From contig OZ249440.1 in NCBI GenBank assembly GCA_965235115.1, forward strand, positions 35,094,001-35,158,000: 64,000 nucleotides of DNA, written 5' to 3'. The DNA comes from Laetmonice hystrix. Lineage: Eukaryota. The notes under the pieces were generated by a model that made no database searches, was not told where the DNA came from, and saw only the letters and a list, made by a program, of their open reading frames with translations. Shown in pieces: positions 12,725-24,500 of the stretch. Numbering within the stretch: position 1 is the stretch's first letter; every line of letters begins with the position of its first letter. The translations under genes were made by a program, and so were the position numbers.

Positions 12725-14020
12725 ATGGCATCAAACAATCCCCCAAAAAGAAAACTACTGAAACTAACGGACTCTGACTCGGACCGGTCTATGGAGAATG
12801 AACACTTGACTGAATGGCCTTGTTTTATCATTGTTGAATCGGCAAAAGCTGAACGACCAATATCTAAGCTATCCCCTTTTGCCATACATAAAGGCATATT
12901 GGGGATAGCTGGAACAGTCAAAGATTGTAAACGTTTGAGGTCTGGCCAACTGTTGGTGGAGTGTGCCACGAAGGCCCAATCTGCAAACCTGCTGAGTGCC
13001 ACAGTACTTGCAGGTTACAGTATTAAGGCCTCTCGTCACCGGACGCTCAACTCCAGCAAGGGTGTTATACGAACTAACTCTCTTGACACTACAACTGAAC
13101 AGGAGATCCTTGCTGGGTTGAGCTGGCAAGGTGTGTCGGAAGTCAGAAGATTGATAGTGAAACGAGATGGTAACACCATCAAGACACATACATATTTTCT
13201 GACATTCGACAGGCCCACTCTACCAGATGAACTCGAGATTGGCTTTCTAAAGGTAAAAGTCGATCCCTATATCCCAAATCCTCTGCGTTGCTTTAAGTGC
13301 CAGAGGTTTGGGCATGGGACCGACTCATGTAGAAATGAACAAAAATGTTCTCAGTGCGCTGAAACAGGACATGACCATACAGGCTGTAAAAAGCCTGCTA
13401 AATGTGCCAACTGCGGGCAAGGTCATTCCACTGTTTCACGCGAGTGCTCCGTGTGGAAAAAGGAGAAGGAAATCCTGAAGGTTAAAACAGAGAGAAAACT
13501 TAGTTTCCCAGAGGCACGCAAACTGGTGGAGCAATATCTGCTTCCACCAACAGTTAAAACCTATGCTGCCGCTGTTAAACCTACCACACGGACTTTCGCT
13601 TGTCAAACGGAGATGGTGTGGGTCAAGGGGGATAAACCTGTGACCTACCCTGATCCCGATGACAGCACAAATGAACTGCCTAAGAAAGCTGTCTCGAGTC
13701 AGCCACCTAAAAAATCCACCTCAACACAGAGCCAGACAACCTCGGTTCCTCCTCCACAGGCCGGGCCGAGTACCAAAGAACCAACTCCGAAAAAAGATCA
13801 ACCAAGTACTAAAGAGTCATCTACAAAGAAAGATCAACCAAAAAAGAAAATAATGACAGATCGGCTGCCCAAGGCAGCCTCCAACAATAGTGCAATAGCA
13901 CTTACAAACAAATTTCAGCATCTTCAAGATGTTGAAATGGCTGATGCTACGACTTGTCGTAGTCGCAGCCTTTCCCCCAAAATAAAATCTAGGGGGCGTT
14001 TGCCTGTTAAACCACCTTGA
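12725..14020 (+). CDS. LINE ORF1, gag-like nucleic-acid-binding protein with three CCHC zinc knuckles
   Basis: PYIPNPLRCFKCQRFGH..C, CSQC..GH...C and CANC..GH.....C. First ATG is at 12725 (MASNNP). Confidence 0.9.
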   Translation: MASNNPPKRKLLKLTDSDSDRSMENEHLTEWPCFIIVESAKAERPISKLSPFAIHKGILGIAGTVKDCKRLRSGQLLVECATKAQSANLLSATVLAGYSIKASRHRTLNSSKGVIRTNSLDTTTEQEILAGLSWQGVSEVRRLIVKRDGNTIKTHTYFLTFDRPTLPDELEIGFLKVKVDPYIPNPLRCFKCQRFGHGTDSCRNEQKCSQCAETGHDHTGCKKPAKCANCGQGHSTVSRECSVWKKEKEILKVKTERKLSFPEARKLVEQYLLPPTVKTYAAAVKPTTRTFACQTEMVWVKGDKPVTYPDPDDSTNELPKKAVSSQPPKKSTSTQSQTTSVPPPQAGPSTKEPTPKKDQPSTKESSTKKDQPKKKIMTDRLPKAASNNSAIALTNKFQHLQDVEMADATTCRSRSLSPKIKSRGRLPVKPP

Positions 14021-17000
14021 TGGCAGGCAAATGCTTCCTTCAATGGAATTGTCGAGGTTTTAGAGCCAATTTTAATGAGCTCAGACTTTTAGCAGAAAAC
14101 CTCAATCCTCTTGCCTTTTGCCTACAAGAAACATTTCTTACTGCCCGAGACAAGGTCTCATTTAAGGGCTATCACACTTTCTTTGGTTTTGCACCAGATG
14201 GTGACCGTGCTGCTGGCGGCACTGCCATTCTGGTTCGACAAGACCTCATCCATAGCCCTATTACAATAAACACACCATTACAAGCAATAGCCATACGCCT
14301 AACTCTACATAAAGCCATCACTGTCTGCTCCATATACATTCCCCCAAACAGTAACTTGGCCCACCAGGATCTTGATGATTTAGTGGGTCAACTGCCAAAT
14401 CCGTATCTCCTTTTGGGAGATTTTAATGGCCACAATCCCTTATGGGGTGGCACCACAACTGATGGCAAGGGCAAGAGGATTGAAGAGTTCATTGATAATC
14501 ATGCTCTATGCATTTTTAATGATGGTTCAAACACATACCTACATCCTGGTCATGGCACCTATACAGCCATTGACCTTGCAATAGCCAAACCAGATCTGCT
14601 GCTGGATTTCTCCTGGAGGGTCTTGGACGACCTTTGCGGGAGTGACCACTTTCCCACCATCCTTACATATGAAGGACCCAGTATAGGGCAAAAACAACAA
14701 AGGTGGCAACTTAAGAAAGCCGACTGGCACTCCTTCCAGGCCCTCTGTCGGGAGGAATTCAGAGCAGACAACATTAACGATCCTGAAGCAATGGATGATT
14801 TTACCTCGCTTTTAATCTCCATTGCAGACAGGACGGTTCCTAAAACCTCGACAATTCCTAAACATGTCTCAAATCCATGGTTTAATGATGACTGCAAACA
14901 GGCAATTAAAGACCGGAAGAAAGCAGAACGCCTTTTTAACAGGCACCCAACTGCAGTGAACCTTACCAACTTTAAAATCATGAGAGCAAGGGCACGCCGT
15001 ATCTGTAAAGAGAGACGGAGGCAGAGCTGGAGAGACTATGTCTCCAGCCTGACCTCTCGTACTCCTATCACAAAAATCTGGAACATGATACGGAAACTTA
15101 AAGGCAAGGGAGGTGGTACTGGAGTTCAACACTTAAAACATCAAAACACCTTATTAACCACCACAGATGCAATAGCAAACAAACTAGCGGAAACATTTCA
15201 AACAAACTCCTCCTCCAGGAACTGCCTCCCTCCATTCCAAGCCATTCGTGCTCAAAAAGAGAAACAAAAACTAAACTTCCATTCTGACAACAGAGAAGAG
15301 TACAACCAACTCTTCTCTATTGAAGAACTCAAATGCTCTCTTAAAAAATCACACGACACTGCAGTTGGACCTGACAGAATACATTACCAATTTTTAAAAC
15401 ATTTACCTGATACCACCCTTCTCATACTTCTTCACATTTTCAACAATATCTGGATAACTGGTAATATACCCCGTTCCTGGCAAGAAGCAATAATTATCCC
15501 CATCCCAAAACCAGGAAAAGACCATAGTGAAGCTAACAATTACAGACCAATAGCCTTAACAAGTTGCCTGTGCAAAACCATGGAGAGAATGATTAATGAT
15601 CGCCTCGTCTGGAAGCTGGAGTCTGAGCAGCTCATAACCGAGTTTCAGTGTGGCTTCCGGCGAGGGAGAAGTACTCTTGATCATCTAATCAGACTCGAGA
15701 CATACATCCGAGATGCTTTTATCAACCGTGAACATGTTGTTGCCGTATTTTTCGACCTTGAAAAGGCATACGACACAACATGGAAGTACGGCATTTTAAA
15801 AGATTTACATGATATGGGTTTTAGGGGGCGTTTGCCCCTTTTCATATCTCAGTTTTTATCCAACAGACATTTTCAAGTCAGAGTAGGCACGACCCTGTCT
15901 GACTTGCACGACCAAGAATTAGGTGTGCCTCAGGGAAGCATTTTGTCCGTTACCCTTTTTAGTATTAAGATCAACAGCATTGTTAACTCGGTTAAAACTG
16001 GCATGCCCTGCAGCCTGTTTGTCGATGACTTTGACGTCTGCTGCAGAGGCAAAAACATGAATGCCATTGAGAGGCAGCTCCAACTCTGTCTCAACAGAAT
16101 CCACACTTGGTCGGTGGAAAATGGTTTTAAGTTTTCAAAGTCTAAAACGGTCTGCATGCATTTCTGCAAACTGCATGCTTTCCACCTTGACCCTGAGTTG
16201 ACAATGGATGGAGATCCTATCAAGGTCGTTAAGGAGACAAAGTTTCTGGGACTCACTTTTGACAGCAAGCTGTCTTTTGTCCCTCACATTAAATCACTGA
16301 AATCCAGATGCCTTAAGGCTCTGGATGTTCTCAAGGTTTTATCTGGCACAAACTGGGGGGCAGACAGTACAGTCCTTTTACAACTGTACAGAGCTTTAAT
16401 CCGGTCGAAGCTCGATTACGGTAGCATAGTTTATGGTTCTGCTTGTAAGTCTTACATTCGGCTTTTGGACACGGTTCACCACCAGGGTTTGCGGCTTTCA
16501 CTTGGGGCTTTTAGAACGTCTCCTGTTCAGAGCCTCTATGTGGAGGCCCGAGAGCCATCGCTTGACAACAGGCGTCTGAAGCTGGCTCTGCAGTATGCAG
16601 TCAAGCTCGGGACAAACAGTTCAAATCCAGCTTACAATTGCGTTTTTCACCCTCAGTTCCAACAGTTATATGAAAGAAAGGAAACGTACATACGTCCTTT
16701 TGGACGTCTGCACGTCCTGGGGCAGACACATTTTTGCAACATTCCTCCTTGGGACCTGAAAAAGCCTGACGTCATTTTTCAGTTGGCTCAACTGAAGAAG
16801 TCAGAGACTCATCCCCTGACATATTTTGAACATTTTCTTGACGTCCAGGCAAGGTATCCCTCACATTATGCCTTCTATACTGATGGCTCAAAGGATGGCA
16901 GTGATGTGTCTGCGGCTGCAGTTCATGGCAAGCACAACTTCGGCACCCGCATCTCAGGGCAAAGTTCCATCTTCTCAGCAGAGGCCCGGGCCCTGCTTCT

Positions 17001-17667
17001 TGCCCTTGAAAATATTGAAGTTTCTAGTGAAAAGGATTTCCTCATTTTCTCGGATTCCTTATCCTGTCTGCAAGCACTTGCTAACTTGAACACAGATCAC
17101 CCAGTGATCGTTCGAATCTTGTCCAAGTTGGCAGTGCTTGCCAATGCAAACTTTGATATTCACTTTTGCTGGGTGCCTGGTCATGTTGGCATCCCGGGCA
17201 ATGAGCAAGCTGATAGAACTGCCAAGAGGGCTCTTGAAACAGACGTCGAACTGTGTCCAATTCCAGCCTCTGACCTCAGACCTACCATCTGGGCTTACAT
17301 TAAGAACAAATGGCAGGCTGAATGGGATGAACAACCAAACAATAAATTGTATCAGATCAGTCCTGTCGTGAACCAAAGGTATCATCACGGCCTAACCCAA
17401 CGTAGGCATGAAATTGTTTATACTCGATGCAGGATTGGTCATTCTAGATTAACCCACGTGTTTTTATTTAAGGGGGAGCCACCTCCAGAGTGTCATGGCT
17501 GTCAGTGTCCTTTGACACTGAAGCATCTTTTACTTGAGTGTGGTGATTTTACTCTGATCAGACAACGGTTTTATAGTGAGACAAGTCTTAAGGATCTTTT
17601 TATCAATGTCAGACCAGGAGTGATTTTAGAGTTTTTGTCAGAAGCTGGACTTCTGACTCTTTTATAG
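14020..17667 (+). CDS. LINE ORF2: AP endonuclease, reverse transcriptase, RNase H and C-terminal CCHC
   Basis: LQWNCRG, GDFNGH and GSDHFP (APE); YRPIAL, GVPQGSILS and FVDD (RT); YTDGSK, FSDSLS and WVPGHVGIPGNEQAD (RNase H). It has a net 12-aa deletion relative to copy 3 near RPFG. Confidence 0.95.
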   Translation: MAGKCFLQWNCRGFRANFNELRLLAENLNPLAFCLQETFLTARDKVSFKGYHTFFGFAPDGDRAAGGTAILVRQDLIHSPITINTPLQAIAIRLTLHKAITVCSIYIPPNSNLAHQDLDDLVGQLPNPYLLLGDFNGHNPLWGGTTTDGKGKRIEEFIDNHALCIFNDGSNTYLHPGHGTYTAIDLAIAKPDLLLDFSWRVLDDLCGSDHFPTILTYEGPSIGQKQQRWQLKKADWHSFQALCREEFRADNINDPEAMDDFTSLLISIADRTVPKTSTIPKHVSNPWFNDDCKQAIKDRKKAERLFNRHPTAVNLTNFKIMRARARRICKERRRQSWRDYVSSLTSRTPITKIWNMIRKLKGKGGGTGVQHLKHQNTLLTTTDAIANKLAETFQTNSSSRNCLPPFQAIRAQKEKQKLNFHSDNREEYNQLFSIEELKCSLKKSHDTAVGPDRIHYQFLKHLPDTTLLILLHIFNNIWITGNIPRSWQEAIIIPIPKPGKDHSEANNYRPIALTSCLCKTMERMINDRLVWKLESEQLITEFQCGFRRGRSTLDHLIRLETYIRDAFINREHVVAVFFDLEKAYDTTWKYGILKDLHDMGFRGRLPLFISQFLSNRHFQVRVGTTLSDLHDQELGVPQGSILSVTLFSIKINSIVNSVKTGMPCSLFVDDFDVCCRGKNMNAIERQLQLCLNRIHTWSVENGFKFSKSKTVCMHFCKLHAFHLDPELTMDGDPIKVVKETKFLGLTFDSKLSFVPHIKSLKSRCLKALDVLKVLSGTNWGADSTVLLQLYRALIRSKLDYGSIVYGSACKSYIRLLDTVHHQGLRLSLGAFRTSPVQSLYVEAREPSLDNRRLKLALQYAVKLGTNSSNPAYNCVFHPQFQQLYERKETYIRPFGRLHVLGQTHFCNIPPWDLKKPDVIFQLAQLKKSETHPLTYFEHFLDVQARYPSHYAFYTDGSKDGSDVSAAAVHGKHNFGTRISGQSSIFSAEARALLLALENIEVSSEKDFLIFSDSLSCLQALANLNTDHPVIVRILSKLAVLANANFDIHFCWVPGHVGIPGNEQADRTAKRALETDVELCPIPASDLRPTIWAYIKNKWQAEWDEQPNNKLYQISPVVNQRYHHGLTQRRHEIVYTRCRIGHSRLTHVFLFKGEPPPECHGCQCPLTLKHLLLECGDFTLIRQRFYSETSLKDLFINVRPGVILEFLSEAGLLTLL

Positions 17668-18139
17668 TTCAGGCTCGTCGATAGCCCGGTTGGGCTGACA
17701 GGATAGAGTGTGTTTTAATGATATTCCCGTTGGGGCCCGGGATAAAATAGGTTCCTTTCATTTCATGGTCTTTTAACCCTGTTTTCGCCGTGAAGATGGC
17801 CCCGGATGCCGGCACGGCGGAAAACCACCACTACTCACTCACTCACTATTATTCAATTCTTCTGACTGGATCAATTTACACCTCCTCTCTTTCCAAATTA
17901 AAACCGGATATTTGCGATAAAATGACGACGAGAACACCACGTAATAAGATATGCTGATGTGTGAAATTCTGTGATCTACCTCTGAGGTAGCACAAAAAAA
18001 GAACCCTTACTGTGTGTACATGATATCCCAGATATCCCTTGGTTAAGAGAGGTGATTGTATAACACATGAAAGTAATCAATCGACTGGCATAAAAACAGC
18101 TGGAAACATGCATTCAGAGATCTACATCTCAGCTCACAG

Positions 18140-18642
18140 AAATTGTACCAGATCAGTCCTGTCGTGAACCAAAGGTGTCTTCACGGCCTAACCCAACGTA
18201 GGCATGAAATTGTTTATACTCGATGCAGGATTGGTCATTCTAGATTAACCCACGTGTTTTTATTCAAGGGGGAGCCACCTCCAGAGTGTCATGGCTGTCA
18301 GTGTCCTTTGACACTGAAGCATCTTTTACTTGAGTGTGGTGATTTTACTCTGATCAGACAACGGTTTTATAGTGAGACAAGTCTTAAGGATCTTTTTAAC
18401 AATGTCAGACCAGGAGTGATTTTAGAGTTTTTGTCAGAAGCTGGACTTCTGACTCTTTTATAGTTCAGGCTCGTCGATGGCCCGGTTGGGCTGACGGGGT
18501 GGAGTGTGTTTTAATGATATTCCCGTTGGGGCCCGGGATAAAATAGGTTCCTTTCATTTCATGGTCTTTTTAACCCTGTTTTCGCCGTGAAGATGGCCCC
18601 AGATGCCGGCACGGCGGAAAACCACCACTACTCACTCACTCA
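18140..18642 (+). mobile_element. 5'-truncated copy of the same Nimb-like LINE (copy 2)
   Basis: Nearly identical to 17343-17846, with a (TCAC)n tail and a 12-bp TSD CTCAGCTCACAG at 18128-18139 and 18643-18654. Confidence 0.93.
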
Positions 18643-21531
18643 CTCAGCTCACAGTGGCCACACGTGGCTTTATTTTGTTTATATGAGTATTGCTGCTAAT
18701 GGCTTGACCGACGGGCCCCTCCCTGCCCCCATTGGCTGGTACTGGGTTACGTCAGCACTGGGCCAACCCCCACCGGTAATGAGACCCCGCCTCGAGCTCA
18801 AGTTAGCGCGGACAGAGTATAGGCATGGTGATGGTGGAGAGGTCTTCTCTATTCCGTGCATTAAACCCGTGACAAAATATGCCCATCTGTCCCCCAGTAA
18901 CTTTGGGACAACACAATCCGCCAATGGGACGCCATGCTTACTTATAGCGAGCGCAAGCGAGCCGCGAAGCAGTTTGCAAAGCGAGCTCTACACCCAAGGA
19001 GAACTGCATACCGTGCAACGATCGGATATGGAAATCTGTGGAGCTTTTGGTGGTATTACGGAGCCGGCAAAATCGGAGCAATCTGATTGGCTTAAATTGC
19101 ACTCTATCGAAATTCAAATTTCCCAAACGCATGGGAATCTACAAACCGCTTCCTTATCTGCCACTTCTATAAACAGATTCCAAACATTTAGTGATTTTAC
19201 CATTTGATTCTACCTACTGTTCACGTCAAATCACCTGTCGGAAACGTAACGGCCAATCGCTCCCGTTTACGGCCGCTTGACCGAAGTGAAAATGGTGGAA
19301 AACGTAGCCTGCTAGACTGTGGATTTAGAACCCGATCTGTTGATTTCCACTGTGACGTCACATGCTTATTCCAAAGTCTACTGTGACGTGACAATATAAC
19401 CATGGTCGTCATAAGACGACAATGGGCGTTGCTAAGTGAGCTGTTACTCCCGGCGCTGACGTTTTCTCTAATTCTTTGGCCTGACTCAATGCCGTATCAT
19501 TATCAATGACTATTATGGCTATGGAAAGCTGAAACAAAACTGTAGTAGCTAGGCTAAATAAAACTGTGCTCGCCCCTGGGTAGCACCCAAATCATATTAT
19601 AGGTCACTATTTTGATAGACAGCGTTCGCATAATAAAGAGCTGTCGAAAGTCGGTGGCAAATAGACACGACCATGTAGCCCATCGTGTATGGTGTACATC
19701 GAAATCGGCCGCCGCTCGAAATCGGCCGCCCGTAACTCACGCGCGGCCGATATCGACCGCCCGTCAGGCGGTCCGCCGGTCTCTGTTGAAGCCGGCCGCC
19801 TGCTCTCGGCAAACGCAACACTCGTGAAAGCACCGCGACCAGCCAGCGCGATGCGAACAATTGGGACGTGACTCACTCTGCACGGGTGCGCCTTTTTCAC
19901 GACCCCCCCCCCCACACACACACACACGCCCATCGAAGTCCAGACCCCCCCTCCCCCCACCTGGAAGGCTGGCTACGGGCCTGTAGAGTCTATATAGAAT
20001 AGAGAATCCAGACCTAAAGTCTAACGCGGCACACCCCCCCCCCTCACACACACACGAAGTAGGCCCTCAAGAGTATAAGTATATAACCCCGGGCTTTAAT
20101 ATAGGATATATTACCCCAGGATAGTAATCTATAGGGCCTACCTATAGGCTTATAGCCTACAGGCTATTACCCCGGGTCACAATTCTATACCATTCTATAG
20201 CATGGCCACCTGACTTTACCCTATAGGCCTAGGCCCTACTATAGGCTCTAATATAGGATATATTACCCCAGGTCACACTGACTTGCCTTATATTAGTTAT
20301 AATATCTAGGTAGGGCACAATTCTAGATCTATAGCCCGAAACCTGGTCTTACCCCAATCACAATCACAGCCCCAATCACAGGCCAGGTTCACAAACAAAG
20401 TCAAGTTAATTTTAATTGACTTGACTTTGTTTGTGAACGGGGCCCATGCAGATCTCGACTTGCCAACCTGTTCAAAGGAAGCCTATAACAGTAGCCTAGT
20501 CTATTTCTAGTCTAGTCAAAATGTATTTGTCCCCCTGACTAGAAGGACATGGCCAAAGGACATCACGCCCCTTCTCTCACCTTAACAGATCACCTTTACT
20601 TCCCCCTTGTCCTCTCTCTCGCACTACAGACCCGCAAAGGAACACATTCCCGGGTCCATGCCTCAGATCTCGACTCGCGAACTTGTTCAAAGGTATAGCC
20701 CATAACGGACTATTATTATTGTGGTTTTACCAGTATAGGCCTAGGCCTATAAAGTATTTTGTAGGCCTAATGATATACACGATATGATATATATATATAT
20801 AATGATATATAGTTTATCATGATGACCCAGTTGTACTCTTTCGGCATCCTTGTGGGCAATTATAGAATTTCCATGAAGGTAGGGACATATCTCCTCCCCA
20901 TCCTTTCTGAAGGGCAACTCCTTTAATCCGTTTTAGCTGGAGTGATCTAAAAATCCCCTGAATAGGTGTTAACTACATGTATGTAGGTATATAGGAAATT
21001 ACTAACTATAGGCCTAGGCACAACAAAATAATTTTATTGTGTAGCTGATTCCCCGCTCAATCCCGCCCAGAAAACCTTTTCGAATATAGATAAATTTAAA
21101 GGCAAAATGTATTATTTATTATAGGCAAAAAGAGCATAGTCCCGAATTTACTGCAATGTAGCTATCACCCCATGCCGAACGTACGTGGTTTAGATTGTTT
21201 TCGGGGTAAACCGTTAGGGCTAGCAGGAGCATACTCAAGCAACTCATACAAAAGTTGCAGGGTGTTAGTGGTTGCAGGGTGTTAGTGGATTCAGTCTGGG
21301 CAGTGTTTTGGCCATCATTGTCCTCCCAGAACCATGTGTAAACTCGCATTTCACTGTCCACCCTCTAGTAATAACACTAAACCAACCAATAAGACCATGG
21401 CAGGGCCCAAGTTGGGTTTGGGAAACAGAGGTCGGGTGAACCGTTTTTGGGTGTGGATTCAGCGACACTCATATAAACGGAAGCAATTAGAGTCAATACT
21501 CATATGTACTCGAATTATTCTTCGTTCGACA

Positions 21532-24500
21532 ATGCCGTACAATTGCATCGAATGCTCCCAGCCTGTAAGACCCAGGCAAGAGGGTCTCTTGTGCGAGGTA
21601 TGCCAGCGTTGGCAACATCGCACGTGTGGCACGGGGGTTTCCCGTGATGAGTATCGCCAAGGCGTTGTAAGAGGTCATCTGGACCGGGAATGTCGCGATT
21701 GCGGACTTGGAGGGCCGGCTGTGCACGAACATCACGAGGTGGACATCGGTGAAGATCCTGAAGAGCCACCCGTACTCGTGCCGATTGCTAACCTGGCAGC
21801 GCCTCAGCGGTTGGACTTCAATGACGAACCACCGACGCTCGTTCGGGTCGCTGACCTGGAGGAGGAGATGCATCTCGTCCTGGAGGACGTGCGGGAGGAG
21901 GAGATGAAAGAGGAGGAGGTGCGGGAGGAGGAGATGCATCTCGTCCTGGAGGACGTGCGGGAGGAGGAGATGGAAGAGGAGGAGGATGCTCGTCGGGATC
22001 CTTTTGCCGGCGACCTCGGGAACTTTGTGGAGCCGGACATCCACGAGGAGGTGGACATGGAGGACCCCAACCAGCCGCCGCTTCCCGTCGAGCCCAGGCA
22101 GGATGGGCCGCCGACCTATAGTCTAGTCGCGGACTCCTCTAATCGTGGCAAGGTAAGTCAAACATCGTTTCGTGTTATATGTACTGGACTGCATGATCAC
22201 TGTTCCCTGCAAGTTTCATGACGATATACCTTCAATAGGTAACCGAAATACAACCATAGCCTAACTATATAATATATCTACCATATAGGATATCTTGGTG
22301 GACAGTTTGGGCTACCAATACGCCAAGAAGGTGGACAAGAGGCGCACGGCGGTGACATGGCGCTGCAAGGTGCGAAACAAGAGGCTCACCTGCAAGGCGA
22401 CCGTTAGGGAATGTGACGGCGACTACATAAGGGGCTCACAGGAACACGTTTGCGGTGCGGAACCAGGTGCGTTATTAGGACATCTAATTCATTATCAATA
22501 CATTAAAAATCCCAAATGGTTTCGAATGAAAACTTATTGTTGAATATTGTTGAGCTGTATATGATATGCTACAATATTATATTTCAGGAAGAGAGCGTGT
22601 AGCCACCATCCGAAAAGAGATTAAAAGGGTCGCGGGCATTCGTGTGTTCGACTCTGCAGCAGAGATTGCGGAAGAGGTACCTATACTTTTCAACTATACC
22701 ATATACTCTACTATGGCATCACGGTTATTATTATTGCCATTTCGTTACCATTCCTATTTACTTTTACTGACAATAAATATGCATTTTTATTCAATTTTAT
22801 TTTATTTTTTTATATTCTTATAATTATTATATTGCGATTACAGGTGATGTTGGACAGGATCCCTCCCGGGCATGTAGCACTGAATCCTACCCTTCCAAAC
22901 CCGAAGAATCTAGCCGCGCAGGCGAACTACAGCCGGAGGAAAACCAGGCCGAGACACCCGAAGGACTTGGATTTCCAAGTGGATCAGGACCATATACCAG
23001 AAGGTTTTCTTCAACAGGACGTAGTCCTACCCCCCGCACGCCACCTGTTCTTCGCAAGCGCGTCCATGTTGTCCCTCTTACGTCGTGCACGCACATGGTA
23101 TGTTGGACGGTTCTTTTTAACATAATATGTTCAAGTATAAGTGCGCGGGGAAAAACTAATTCCTTATTTATTCGTGACTTTTTTCTCTTAGGTCTAACGG
23201 ATTTTGTAATATAATTCAGAATCAAACATGACCGTTTTACAGGTACGTAGACGCGACCTTTAAGCTGGTTCGGCCCCCCTTTGCACAACTGTTCTCAGTG
23301 CATGCGTTCATCGCGTCTGTCGGGGCCGTAAAGCAGGTTCCATTGGCGTTTGCGCTGATGTCGGCACGGCGAGCGAGAGATTACGAGGGGGTTATCCGAG
23401 CGCTGCTGGACATCCTGCAGGGGCCACCGGCAGTTCAGCGGGTAGTGGTTGACTTCGAGGCAGCAACATGGCAGGCAGTGCGGACTGTCATGCCTAACGT
23501 TGAACTGAAGGGCTGTCTGTTTCACTTCACGCAGGTTAGGTGACATCTTCCGTATTAAGTGCAATTATATGGCGTTAACTGTTATTCGTAAACCATCGAA
23601 AAGAATAACATGCGCAAAGCGACAGTTTAAGTTGGTAATGTGTACAGGTCAGGTCATATTGGCGATTTATTGCATCAACAACCCATCGGACATATTAAGA
23701 GGAAATTTTAACACATTCGTACCAATTCGTACTAATTCCAGGCGGTCTACAGGAAGATCCAGGAGCTGGGGCTCCAGAATGCATACCACAATGATGTGGG
23801 CACGTACTTGGTAAGTTGAATATTACCATGTTTGTATGTAATTTAATTTGCATTATGCTATAAGTGAGTATGTATTGATCTCTAAGTCGCATAGAATCTA
23901 TAACACTCTTTAATTCACATTAAAGGAATGCTTGATATTAGGGTTTCAGCTGTCTGTACATGTGCTTCTTACCTTTAAGCTTCTTTCCAACCCAAAATTG
24001 AACCCAATAGGTTGTTCAGAATAGAGAATTCAATATTAGAAGGAGGTGTGCTCTATAGAAGGCACAAATATTCGAGTAGACCGCCATTTTTGCCACGCCC
24101 ACCGTATTAACCAATCAAAAAAGACCGGGATTCCAGGCCTAATGACGTCAGTAAGTCGAACCACAGCCATGCCGCCATTCATTCAGGGGTACAACTTGGT
24201 ATCAACAAGACGCGTGTACAGGCCTCCTATACAACTTTACAAGTCGTTTGGACTTTAGTCCAAGTTTTAAAAGTACTGAAGACTAGTGAAAGTCCAAGTT
24301 TTAAAAGTACTGAAGACTAGTGGAGTCAAGACAAGAAGAGTTTTGTGATAGTGTGTAGGCCGACAGACGAGGTTATAGCAGCGACTGTCGACTTTCAGCA
24401 TGCCAGGTTGTGTGGCAGTCGGCTGCACTCAATCTGAAAAGACTGAACGTGCGCCCGGAGAAGAAAGGCTATCCTTTCACGGGTTCCCCCTTCGGGACAA

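Larger units (their letters stand above)
12210..17846 (+). mobile_element. Full-length non-LTR retrotransposon, I group (Nimb-like), copy 1
   Basis: Two ORFs, a (TCAC)n tail, and a 13-bp TSD TATTATTCAATTC at 12197-12209 and 17847-17859. Confidence 0.95.
10382..18819 (-). mobile_element. IS630/Tc1/mariner transposon of the DD82E (Sailor) type, about 2.3 kb natively and expanded by two LINE insertions
   Basis: 24-bp TIRs TA(G/C)TCTGTCCGCGCTAACTTGAGC at 10382 and 18819, flanked by TA (10380-81, 18820-21), with a transposase ORF inside. Confidence 0.9.

Noticed and set aside
18587..19207. 206-aa ORF
   Set aside because: It spans a LINE tail, the Sailor TIR and flanking DNA, so it is a chance fusion with no recognisable domain.
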